A stretch of DNA of 59,271 bases from Candidatus Staskawiczbacteria bacterium. GTDB lineage: Bacteria > Patescibacteriota > Minisyncoccia > Minisyncoccales > Staskawiczbacteraceae. Location: NCBI GenBank assembly GCA_903845295.1, contig CAIMWV010000030.1:1-59271 (forward strand). The letters run 5' to 3'. Every line of letters starts with the position of its first letter. The first letter of the stretch is position 1. The notes under the pieces were generated by a model. The model saw only the letters and a program-made list of their open reading frames with translations, made no database searches and was not told the DNA's origin. Shown piece by piece: positions 18,870 through 27,815 of this stretch. A program made the translations under genes and the position numbers.

Positions 18870-20324
18870 ATGGCAAATAAAAACAAAAAATTCTATATTA
18901 CCACCAGCATCCCTTACACAAATGCGCCGCCGCACATCGGCTTTGCGCTAGAAATCATACAAGCGGATGTTTTGGCAAGGTACAACCGAGGTCTCGGCAA
19001 AGATACTTTTTTTCTGACCGGAACGGATGAGCACGGAATCAAGACGCTAAGGGCAGCCAAAGAAGCCGGAAAAGATATAAAAGATTTTACAGATGAGGTT
19101 TCGGGAAAATTTAAATCTCTGGCAAAGGTTTTAAATATATCTAATGATGACTTTATAAGAACTACAGATGAAATCCGCCACAAGCCGGCGGTAGAGAAGA
19201 TTTGGGAAAAAATGGACGAAAAGGGAGACATATATAAGAAAAAATACAAAGGGTATTACTGTCCCGGATGCGAGGCGTTTAAAACAGAAAAAGAAATGGT
19301 TGACGGAAAATGCATCATCCATTTAAAACCCCTTGAACTCGTTGAAGAAGAAAATTATTTTTTTGAACTTTCAAAATATACGGATAAAATAACAGGGATG
19401 ATTGAAAAAAATAAACTGATTATAATCCCGGAGGGGAAGAGAAATGAGACTTTGGCTATGCTAAAGCAAGGAATGGAAGATGTCAGTTTTTCCCGCACAA
19501 AAGACAAATATTGGGGATTGCAGGTTCCAGGAGATCCTTCCCAAGTAATGTATGTTTGGTGTGATGCCCTGTCTAATTATATTTCCGCTATAGGATATAC
19601 GGACGAAACTAAGCAATTTAAAAAATATTGGCCGGCTGACGTTCATTGCGTAGGGAAAGACATAATGAAATTCCATACTATATTCTGGCCTGCAATGCTT
19701 TTGTCGGCAGGATTAGAATTGCCAAAGACAATTTTTGTGCATGGATTTATAAATGTCGGAGGCCAAAAGATGTCAAAATCTTTGGGAAATGTTATTGATC
19801 CGTTTGAGCTGGTAAATAAATATGGCGTTGATGCGGTAAGATATTATTTATTAAGGGAAATTCTTCCGACAGAGGATGGCGATTTTACTTACGATAAATT
19901 TGAACAAAGATATAATTCAGATTTAGCCGGGGGTATAGGAAATTTAGTTGCCAGAGTTTTAGGCATTGCCGGGAAATTAGATATAAAAGAATTAAAGCAG
20001 ACAAAAAAGACTTCCGATAAGATTAAGCAAATAAAGGAAAATTATAAGTTAGCTATAGAAGAGTTTAAATTTAATGAGGCGCTGGCACATATCTGGGAGT
20101 TAATGAGCTTTTGCGATAAATATATAAATGAAGAAAAATTATGGGAAACCCCTTCGGCCAGCTCAGGGCAGGCAAAAAAACTTCAAGTTATAAATGATTT
20201 ATTTTTTGCCATAAATGAAATAGGAATTTTGCTTCTGCCATTTTTGCCAGAGACTGCAGAAAAAATTAAAAAAGCAGTTGAGTCTAAAAAGTCAGAAAAT
20301 TTATTTCCCAAAATATTAAAATAA
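18870..20324 (+). CDS. metG: Methionine--tRNA ligase (short form)
   Basis: YTNAPPHIG, TGTDEHG, YVWCDAL, GKDIMKFH, KMSKSLGN. Confidence 0.97.
   Translation: MANKNKKFYITTSIPYTNAPPHIGFALEIIQADVLARYNRGLGKDTFFLTGTDEHGIKTLRAAKEAGKDIKDFTDEVSGKFKSLAKVLNISNDDFIRTTDEIRHKPAVEKIWEKMDEKGDIYKKKYKGYYCPGCEAFKTEKEMVDGKCIIHLKPLELVEEENYFFELSKYTDKITGMIEKNKLIIIPEGKRNETLAMLKQGMEDVSFSRTKDKYWGLQVPGDPSQVMYVWCDALSNYISAIGYTDETKQFKKYWPADVHCVGKDIMKFHTIFWPAMLLSAGLELPKTIFVHGFINVGGQKMSKSLGNVIDPFELVNKYGVDAVRYYLLREILPTEDGDFTYDKFEQRYNSDLAGGIGNLVARVLGIAGKLDIKELKQTKKTSDKIKQIKENYKLAIEEFKFNEALAHIWELMSFCDKYINEEKLWETPSASSGQAKKLQVINDLFFAINEIGILLLPFLPETAEKIKKAVESKKSENLFPKILK
20150..20168 (+). repeat. Palindromic element copy 4 (in metG; PSASSG)
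   Basis: CCCTTCGGCCAGCTCAGGG. Confidence 0.8.
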
Positions 20325-20326
20325 AA

Positions 20327-21145
20327 ATGATTATAGATACGCATAGCCATTTGAGCTTTAAGGCTTACGATAAAGACAGGGATGAAGTTATAAAACGCAC
20401 TCAGAAAGAGGGCGTTGTTTGTATTGACGTGGGAACAAAATATGAAACATCAAAATATGCAGTTGAGTTGGCCAAAAAAAATGAAGGCATGTATGCTGCC
20501 ATCGGGATGCATCCCATTCACATTAAAACAGATTTATTAAAACTAAAAATGGATGAAGAAGAGGGTGCTTTTGAACCGTTTGGAGAAGAATTTGATAAGG
20601 AAAGATATAAAGAGTTGGTAAAATCTAAAAAGGTGGTTGCAATTGGCGAAATCGGCTTGGATTATTATTACAGGCCGAAAGGCACAGCTAAGACTGAGAA
20701 GTTCAAGGAAAAACAAAGAGAAGTTTTTATTAGCCAGTTAAATTTGGCAAAAGAATTAAATTTTCCGGTGATAATTCACTGCAGAATGGCTCACGATGAT
20801 ATTATTAAAATTCTGGAAAATTATAAAGGTATTGCCGGAGTAATACATTGTTTTACCGGAAATTGGGAGCAGGCGCAAAAATATATGGATTTAGGATTTT
20901 ATATCGGTATTAATGGTATAATTTTTAAACTAGATTTGGACGAAGTGATAAAAAAGGTTCCGTTGGAGAAGATTTTAACAGAGACGGATTGTCCCTATCT
21001 TACCCCACCCGCTGCCGGTACAGAAAGGAATGAGCCGATTTTTGTAAAATACGTAATTAAAAAAATCGCAGAAATTAAGAATATTAGTTTTGAAAAAGTG
21101 GCGGATATCACAACTCAAAACGCGAAAAGTTTGTTTCAAATATAA
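20327..21145 (+). CDS. tatD: TatD family hydrolase
   Basis: IDTHSHL, AIGEIGLDYY, VIIHCR, IHCFTG, ETDCPYL. Confidence 0.93.
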   Translation: MIIDTHSHLSFKAYDKDRDEVIKRTQKEGVVCIDVGTKYETSKYAVELAKKNEGMYAAIGMHPIHIKTDLLKLKMDEEEGAFEPFGEEFDKERYKELVKSKKVVAIGEIGLDYYYRPKGTAKTEKFKEKQREVFISQLNLAKELNFPVIIHCRMAHDDIIKILENYKGIAGVIHCFTGNWEQAQKYMDLGFYIGINGIIFKLDLDEVIKKVPLEKILTETDCPYLTPPAAGTERNEPIFVKYVIKKIAEIKNISFEKVADITTQNAKSLFQI

Positions 21146-21154
21146 ATGTGAATA

Positions 21155-21279
21155 AACCCCATCACTAATTTCAGATATATTTTTGATGAAATAAAATTTT
21201 TATTATGCGAAGCGACTTCGCTTCGCTCCGTCTGTAATTGAGGCAATACAGAAATTGTTGGTAAAATTAGTGAGGGGTT
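21155..21279. repeat. Intergenic inverted-repeat module C
   Basis: AACCCCATCACTAATTT / AAATTAGTGAGGGGTT terminal IR; internal GCGAAGCGA-CT-TCGCTTCGC at 21207-21226. Confidence 0.75.
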
Positions 21280-21315
21280 GTTTGGCTTTTATTCGTGATT
21301 AAATTGATGCCAAAC

Positions 21316-21350
21316 AAAAAAAAGCGCGGTTGCCTTTGGGACAACCGCGT
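21316..21350 (-). terminator. Intrinsic terminator of the receiver-domain gene
   Basis: Minus strand ACGCGGTTG-N9-CAACCGCGC followed by T8. Confidence 0.8.
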
Positions 21351-21378
21351 TGCAGTTCGACCGGCTGAACGCCGGTTT

Positions 21379-21735
21379 TTAGATTCGGGCCATGAGCCGG
21401 CTAAATGCGGCCCTAAAGTCGTCGATGGAAGCAGGCTTCAGAAGGAACTCATCGGCGTGGCCGGGAAGTTCATGAGAGGTAAATAAAAGGATGGGAATCT
21501 TAAGATGGTTATGTCTGAGCCATGCGATAAGTTCCAATCCCGTCATCCCATTACCGAAGTCAAAACCGGTAATGACTGCCATGATTTCAGCTCCGGGCGT
21601 GCTAAAGGTGGCTTGGGCTTCGACGCCGTTCTGCGCCTCTATAACTACGACATCCGGCTGTGCTTCTCCGATGATTGTCTTAATCAATTCTCTGATTTGC
21701 TTCTCGCCGTCTGCTACCAAAATCTTGGTTGCCAT
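21379..21735 (-). CDS. Stand-alone response-regulator receiver domain protein
   Basis: KILVADGE, AQNGVEA, GMTGLELI, PILLFTS, FLLKP; likely start ATG at 21735. The usual phospho-acceptor position reads VITGFD, so it is atypical. Confidence 0.75.
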   Translation of the reverse strand: MATKILVADGEKQIRELIKTIIGEAQPDVVVIEAQNGVEAQATFSTPGAEIMAVITGFDFGNGMTGLELIAWLRHNHLKIPILLFTSHELPGHADEFLLKPASIDDFRAAFSRLMARI

Positions 21736-21881
21736 CACTGATTCTCCGCGGGTTTTTCCTTGACTTAGCTTCCCTTCATCCACATCGGCAAAGGGCTACA
21801 ATAGTTTTAGCGCATTTTTTCAAAATTGTCAATCTTTCTCTCAGTAGCTACTTATGGTAAAATCGAAGAATAAGGTTTTAT

Positions 21882-24314
21882 ATGAAATACAATCCGCAAA
21901 AAATAGAACAGAAATGGCAGGAATCCTGGTATAATTCCAATGCATTTAGAGCCAAAAATGGCTCTAAAAAGAGGAAATTTTACCTTTTGGTAGAGTTTCC
22001 TTACCCCTCCGGAGACGGGCTTCACGTAGGCCATTGCCGGAGCTATACTGCCTTGGATATATTAGCCCGCAAGAAAAGAATGCAGGGATACAATGTTTTG
22101 TTTCCGATCGGATGGGATGCTTTTGGCCTGCCGACAGAAAATTATGCCATTAAGAAAGGAGTCCATCCGTCTGTAGTCACGAAAAAGAACACTGACAATT
22201 TCAGGCGCCAGATGAAGGAAATGGGGCTGTCTTTTGACTGGTCAAGAGAAATTAACACGACAGACCCCAAATACTATAAATGGACGCAGTGGATTTTTCT
22301 GCAGTTGTTCAAACACCAGCTGGCTTATAAGACAAAAATATCGATTAATTGGTGCCCGAAAGATAAAATCGGCCTGGCTAACGAAGAGGTTGTTGACGGC
22401 AAATGCGAGAGATGCGGGACAAAAGTTGAAAAAAGGGAAAAAGAGCAATGGATGATAAAAATTACCAATTATGCCGACAGGCTGATTAAAGATTTGGATC
22501 TGGTTGACTATTTGGAAAAAATTAAGACACAGCAGAAAGATTGGATAGGCGAATCCGACGGGGCTTTAGTCAAATTTTCTGTCGAGGGAATCGAAGAATT
22601 TATAGATGTTTTTACAACCAGAATAGACACTATATTTTCCGGAACGTTTTTAATTTTAGCGCCAAGCCATAATTTTATAGATAAGCATAAAAATAAAATT
22701 GAAAATATTGAAGAAGTTTTAAAATATAGGGAAGACATAAAAAATGTTTCTGATATAGACAGGACAAACCAGGATAAAGATGTGACGGCTGTGCAACTGA
22801 AGGGAATTACAGTCAGGAATCCCTCGACCAACGAAAAAATGCCGGTGTGGACTGCGGATTTCGTTTTGGAGAACTACGGCACAGGAGCTGTTTTTGCAGA
22901 TGCGCACGATAAAAGAGATTTTAAAATGGCGAAAAAATACGGCATACCCTTGCGCACATCTATAAAACCGGATGATGAATTGCTGACCCAAAAGGTAAAA
23001 AATTTGGAGGAATGTTTTGAGGGCGAGGGAATTTTGTACAACTCCATGCAGTTTGACGGATTAAAATCTGCAGAGGCTCGGCCAAGAATAATAGCATGGC
23101 TGGCATCCAAAGGTTCAGCTTATCCTAAAATCAGTTATAAATTGAGGGATTGGGTTTTTTCCCGCCAGCATTATTGGGGAGAGCCCATACCAATGATTTA
23201 TTGCAAAAAATGCGGCTGGCAGCCGGTTGATGAAAAAGATTTACCGGTTAAATTGCCGAATGTGAAGAAATACAAGCCCACAGACACGGGAGAGTCTCCT
23301 CTTTCTTTGATTAAAAAATGGGTTGATGTTAAATGTCCAAAATGCAACGGTCCAGCCCAAAGAGAAACAGACACCATGCCAAATTGGGCCGGGTCTAACT
23401 GGTATTATTTAAGGTATACAGATCCGAAAAACAGCAAGAAATTAGCCGATGAAACAATATTAAAATATTGGATGCCGGTTGACTGGTATAACGGCGGAAT
23501 GGAACACACAACTTTGCATCTTTTGTATTCGAGGTTTATTTTTAAATTTTTGTGGGATATCAAGGCGGTACCGACATCAATCGGACCCGAACCTTATAAA
23601 AAAAGAACTTCCCATGGCATGGTTTTAGCGCAGGACGGCCAGAAGATGTCAAAATCGCGCGGGAACGTGATTAATCCCGACAGTGTCGTCAAAGAATACG
23701 GTGCCGACACTCTGAGGCTTTATGAAATGTTTATGGGGCCATTTGACCAGATGATTGCGTGGGATACCAACGGCATTATAGGCTGCAGACGGTTTTTAGA
23801 CAGATTTTGGAATTTAGTTTTAGCAGAAAAAAAGGCCAAAAAGTCTTCAAAAGAAGTCCAGGCGATATTGCATAAATTAATTAAAAAGGTAAGCGATGAT
23901 TTAGATTCGGCAAAATTCAATACTGCCGTCGCCGCATTCATGGAAGCCTTGAATTTTTTTCACGGAAAGCAAAATGAGGTTGGCCAAGAGGCAATTGAAA
24001 AATTAGTTATTTTATTTGCGCCTTTTGCCCCGCATATTACAGAAGAACTTTGGTCTGCAACTGGGAAAAAGGGCAGCGTTCATATGCAAAAATGGCCGAA
24101 ATATAATCCCGCGTTCATAAAAGAAGAAAAAATAACATTGATTATACAAGTAAACGGGAAGGTACGCGGCAAGATAGAAGCTAAGACGGGGATTACAGAA
24201 GAAAAAGCCAAAAAATTGGCGATGGCCGAACAAAGAATAAAAGAACTGATTGCCGGGAAAGAAATCAAGAAAATAATTTTTGTCCCAGATAAATTAATTA
24301 ATATTGTTATTTAA
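21882..24314 (+). CDS. leuS: Leucine--tRNA ligase
   Basis: FPYPSGDGLHVGH, LRDWVFSRQHYWGEPIP, GGMEH, KMSKSRGN. Confidence 0.97.
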   Translation: MKYNPQKIEQKWQESWYNSNAFRAKNGSKKRKFYLLVEFPYPSGDGLHVGHCRSYTALDILARKKRMQGYNVLFPIGWDAFGLPTENYAIKKGVHPSVVTKKNTDNFRRQMKEMGLSFDWSREINTTDPKYYKWTQWIFLQLFKHQLAYKTKISINWCPKDKIGLANEEVVDGKCERCGTKVEKREKEQWMIKITNYADRLIKDLDLVDYLEKIKTQQKDWIGESDGALVKFSVEGIEEFIDVFTTRIDTIFSGTFLILAPSHNFIDKHKNKIENIEEVLKYREDIKNVSDIDRTNQDKDVTAVQLKGITVRNPSTNEKMPVWTADFVLENYGTGAVFADAHDKRDFKMAKKYGIPLRTSIKPDDELLTQKVKNLEECFEGEGILYNSMQFDGLKSAEARPRIIAWLASKGSAYPKISYKLRDWVFSRQHYWGEPIPMIYCKKCGWQPVDEKDLPVKLPNVKKYKPTDTGESPLSLIKKWVDVKCPKCNGPAQRETDTMPNWAGSNWYYLRYTDPKNSKKLADETILKYWMPVDWYNGGMEHTTLHLLYSRFIFKFLWDIKAVPTSIGPEPYKKRTSHGMVLAQDGQKMSKSRGNVINPDSVVKEYGADTLRLYEMFMGPFDQMIAWDTNGIIGCRRFLDRFWNLVLAEKKAKKSSKEVQAILHKLIKKVSDDLDSAKFNTAVAAFMEALNFFHGKQNEVGQEAIEKLVILFAPFAPHITEELWSATGKKGSVHMQKWPKYNPAFIKEEKITLIIQVNGKVRGKIEAKTGITEEKAKKLAMAEQRIKELIAGKEIKKIIFVPDKLINIVI

Positions 24315-24315
24315 A

Positions 24316-25962
24316 ATGGTAAAAGAAGTTTTATTGGGAAATGAGGCAATCGTCAAAGCGGCTTTAGAAGCAGGTGTGGATTTTGTGTCCGGTTATCCGG
24401 GATGTCCGGCAGCCGAAGTCGGGGACGAGTTCGGAAAAATTGCGAAAGAAAATGGTATTTATTTTGAATGGTCAACAAATGAAAAAGTAGCTTTGGAGGC
24501 AGCTATAGGCGCCAGCTTTTCGGGTTTAAAAACTTTGGTGGCAATGAAAAATTTCGGCCTGAATGTTTGTGCCGAGGCGTTGCTGCCCCTTTGTTATACC
24601 GGCACAAACGCGCCAATGGTGGTTGTGGTGGGAGATGACCCTTCTTGCTGGAGTTCGGCTCAAACCGAGGAAAATTCGCGTGGATACGCATTTATAGCGC
24701 ATATACCGGTGTTAGAGCCGTCGGATTGCCAGGAATGCCATGATTTTACTAAACTGGCATTTGAAATTTCAGAAAAATTTAAATTACCGGTTATTTTGAG
24801 AACCACAATCCGCGTAGCTCATCAGCGTGCGCCCGTACAGTTTGAGGAAACAGGCAAGAAAGAATTAAAAAAGGGCAATTTTATTAAAAATCCCCATCAG
24901 TATGTTACTTTGCCCCCGAGGGTTCTGGAAATGAAAAAAGAATTGCTGGAGAAAATGGAAAAAATCCAGGCGTATGCCGAGAAAGAAAAAATTAATTTTG
25001 TTAAAGGCGGCAAGTCACCCTTCGGCACGGCTCAGGGCAAGAAAATAGGCATTATCGCTTCGGGCGTGGGTTATCTGCATTTAATGGAGGCACAAAAAGA
25101 AATGGGATTAGATTTGCCTGTTTTAAAAATAAATCTTTTTTATCCTTTAACAGAAAAAACGGTTGCCGATTTTGTTAAAAAATTAAATAAAGTTCTGATA
25201 GTCGAGGAATTAGACGGTTATTTGGAAAAAGAAACAAAGGTGATAGCAAGGGAATCGAATCCTAAAATTAAAATTTCCGGAAAAGATTTGCTGTCTGAAA
25301 TAGGAGAATTAAATGTAGAAAAAGTCGGTTTGGCTTTGGCTAAATTAACCGGAAAAAAAATTAAAATTGTAAAACCACAAACGCCGGATATCCCGAGAAG
25401 ATATGCCAAGCTTTGCGACGGCTGTCCGCATTTTTATACTTTTTCCGTTATTAAAAAAGTCGCACCGGAAAATACTATTTTCGGCGGCGACATCGGCTGT
25501 TATATGATTGCAGGCATGCCTCCGCACAATATCCAGGATTATGAATTTTGCATGGGATCCTCTTTGGGTATTGCCCATGGCGTCCGCAAATCAACGAACC
25601 AGAAAGTAATTGCTTTAATCGGCGACGGAACATTCTTCCATTCGGGAATTGCAGGGCTGATTAACACGGTTTACAATAAATCCAATCCATTGATTATTAT
25701 TTTAGATAACCGGATAACCGCAATGACAGGGCACCAGAACAACCCGGGTATGGGTAAAAATGGCATGGGAGAGCCGGCGCAAGAATTAAACATAGAAGAA
25801 ATAGTCCGGGCTTGTGGAGTTAAAAGTATAAAAGTTTTAGACCCGATAAATGTAAAAGAGCTGGAAGACACAGTTACAGATTTTCTTTCAAAAGAGGAAG
25901 TTTCTGTAATAGTCTGCAAGAGAATCTGTGCTCTGCTGGCTCGTAGACAACAAAATGGGTAA
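24316..25962 (+). CDS. iorA: Indolepyruvate:ferredoxin oxidoreductase alpha subunit, lacking the C-terminal ferredoxin domain
   Basis: LLGNEAI, GYPGCP, NEKVALE, CDGCPH, GDIGCY, IGDGTFFHSG, DNRITAMTGHQ; ATG at 24316 preferred. Confidence 0.9.
   Translation: MVKEVLLGNEAIVKAALEAGVDFVSGYPGCPAAEVGDEFGKIAKENGIYFEWSTNEKVALEAAIGASFSGLKTLVAMKNFGLNVCAEALLPLCYTGTNAPMVVVVGDDPSCWSSAQTEENSRGYAFIAHIPVLEPSDCQECHDFTKLAFEISEKFKLPVILRTTIRVAHQRAPVQFEETGKKELKKGNFIKNPHQYVTLPPRVLEMKKELLEKMEKIQAYAEKEKINFVKGGKSPFGTAQGKKIGIIASGVGYLHLMEAQKEMGLDLPVLKINLFYPLTEKTVADFVKKLNKVLIVEELDGYLEKETKVIARESNPKIKISGKDLLSEIGELNVEKVGLALAKLTGKKIKIVKPQTPDIPRRYAKLCDGCPHFYTFSVIKKVAPENTIFGGDIGCYMIAGMPPHNIQDYEFCMGSSLGIAHGVRKSTNQKVIALIGDGTFFHSGIAGLINTVYNKSNPLIIILDNRITAMTGHQNNPGMGKNGMGEPAQELNIEEIVRACGVKSIKVLDPINVKELEDTVTDFLSKEEVSVIVCKRICALLARRQQNG
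25018..25037 (+). repeat. Palindromic element copy 5 (in iorA; PFGTAQG)
   Basis: CCCTTCGGCACGGCTCAGGG. Confidence 0.8.
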
Positions 25963-26530
25963 AAGCAATTTTAATATCATTATCGCGGGAGCCGGCGGGC
26001 AGGGAATAGTAACCTTGGTGGATATTTTAGCCAACGCGGCATTTATTGAGGGATATGACATCAAATCATCAGAGTTGCACGGGCTTTCGCAAAGAGGCGG
26101 AACAGTTTTAACTTATGTCAGGTTCGGCGAAAAAATATTTTCCCCGCTTTTTGAAAATGGCCAGGCGAACCTGATAATCGGTTTGGATTTATTGGAAAGC
26201 CTGCGCCAAACGGTTTTTTCCAGCAAAAAAACCAACATCGTAATAAACAAATATTTAATGCCTTTTATCGGAATTATTCCTGAAAAAGAAATTTTAGACG
26301 GCCTTGAAAAAGCGCAAAAAAATAAGTTATATCTGGTTCCGGCTTCAGAAATTTGCCAGAAAGAATTAGGAAAAGAGGTTGTTTCCGGAATTTATCTTTT
26401 AGGTTACGCCGCTTATAAAAACATGATCGGATTAAAACCAGAATCAATATTAAAGGCAATTGAAAAAGTAGTGCCTCAAAAGTATCTGGAATTAAATATT
26501 AAAGCTTTTAATTTGGCAAAATCAGCATGA
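25955..26530 (+). CDS. iorB: Indolepyruvate oxidoreductase beta subunit
   Basis: AGAGGQG, SELHGLSQRGG; overlaps iorA end; ATG at 25955. Confidence 0.9.
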   Translation: MGKSNFNIIIAGAGGQGIVTLVDILANAAFIEGYDIKSSELHGLSQRGGTVLTYVRFGEKIFSPLFENGQANLIIGLDLLESLRQTVFSSKKTNIVINKYLMPFIGIIPEKEILDGLEKAQKNKLYLVPASEICQKELGKEVVSGIYLLGYAAYKNMIGLKPESILKAIEKVVPQKYLELNIKAFNLAKSA

Positions 26531-27267
26531 AGGTAGTCATTGCGGCAGCCGGGCAGGGTACCCGGATGCAACATTTGTCAAAAAATAAATCAAAGCACTT
26601 GATAAAGGTTAATAAAAAACCTTTTTTGTCTTATGTTTTGGATAATTTATTAAAAGCGGGATATAAGGAATTTATTCTTGTAGTCGGATACCACAGCGAC
26701 CTGATGAAAGATTTTCTGAAAAATAACGGATATGAGGCAACCGTAGTTGACCAATTTGAAATTCTGGGCCCAAAAGAAAAAATGTACGGGACTGCCTGCC
26801 CTTTGATGTGCACGAAAGATATCTTAGGGAAAGACCAATTTTTGTATATCAGCGGAGATAATCTTTATTCGGTTGAAGATCTGAAAGAGATGAAAATTGA
26901 AGACAAATATAATTATGTTGCGGGTTTGGAGCATGAGAATCCGGAAAAATACGGGGTTTTGGTCAAGGGAGAGGGCGATTTTCTTGAGAAGATTGTTGAA
27001 AAACCGAAACAATTTATCGGAAATTTGATTAATGCCGGCATGTATAAGTTTACGAGTGATGTTTTTGAAGAATTACCGAAAATAAAAAAATCTCCACGGG
27101 GCGAATATGAGATTACAGATGTCGTTTCCCTTCTGGCTAAAGGCAAAAAAGTGAAAATAAAAATCATAAAAGATTATTGGAAAGATTTTGGAAATCCGGG
27201 AGATGTGCCTAAACTCAGCAAGTTTCTCAAAAATGGAAATAATTCAGGCAAAAAAAGAAAACCTTAA
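26527..27267 (+). CDS. Sugar-phosphate nucleotidyltransferase family protein
   Basis: AAGQGTRM, K..L..VNKKP, GDNL, KSPRGEYEITD, W.DFG.P.D. Confidence 0.85.
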   Translation: MKVVIAAAGQGTRMQHLSKNKSKHLIKVNKKPFLSYVLDNLLKAGYKEFILVVGYHSDLMKDFLKNNGYEATVVDQFEILGPKEKMYGTACPLMCTKDILGKDQFLYISGDNLYSVEDLKEMKIEDKYNYVAGLEHENPEKYGVLVKGEGDFLEKIVEKPKQFIGNLINAGMYKFTSDVFEELPKIKKSPRGEYEITDVVSLLAKGKKVKIKIIKDYWKDFGNPGDVPKLSKFLKNGNNSGKKRKP

Positions 27268-27811
27268 AAACATTATAAGCTTCCTGGAGAGTGGCATGGT
27301 TTTAGTTTGCCCGACAGACACTGTTTACGGTTTGATCTGCGACGCTAAGAATGAAAAAGCGGTGGAGAGAATTTTTGATATAAAACAAAGGGAAAAAACA
27401 AAGCCATTGGCAGTTTTTGTAAAAAATATTGCCGAGGCAAAAAAGATTGCGGCAATAGACCAAAAACAGAAAGAGTTTTTGAAAAAAAATTGGCCAGGAC
27501 CGACAACCGTAATCTTTAAGGCAAAAAGAGGATTATCTAAGCTGGTTTATAAAGAAGATACTATTGGCATCAGGATTCCCGATTACTATTTTATAAAATT
27601 GATTTTAGAAAAATTTAAAAATCCCTTAGCCCAAACCTCCTCCAATATTTCCGGGCAACCGTCCAGGACCAGAATAAGAGAGACCTTGAGACAATTTGAA
27701 AATGCAGAAATTCAGCCCGACATCATAATAAATGCAGGAGATTTGCCGGAGAATAGACCATCTAAGATAATAGATTTTTCAAAAAATACAATTAAAATTC
27801 TAAGAAAATAA
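27233..27811 (+). CDS. tsaC: L-threonylcarbamoyladenylate synthase (TsaC/Sua5 short form)
   Basis: PTDTVYGL, K.R...KPL, WPGPTT, IGIRIP, TSSNISG. Confidence 0.92.
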   Translation: MEIIQAKKENLKNIISFLESGMVLVCPTDTVYGLICDAKNEKAVERIFDIKQREKTKPLAVFVKNIAEAKKIAAIDQKQKEFLKKNWPGPTTVIFKAKRGLSKLVYKEDTIGIRIPDYYFIKLILEKFKNPLAQTSSNISGQPSRTRIRETLRQFENAEIQPDIIINAGDLPENRPSKIIDFSKNTIKILRK

Positions 27812-27815
27812 AAAT

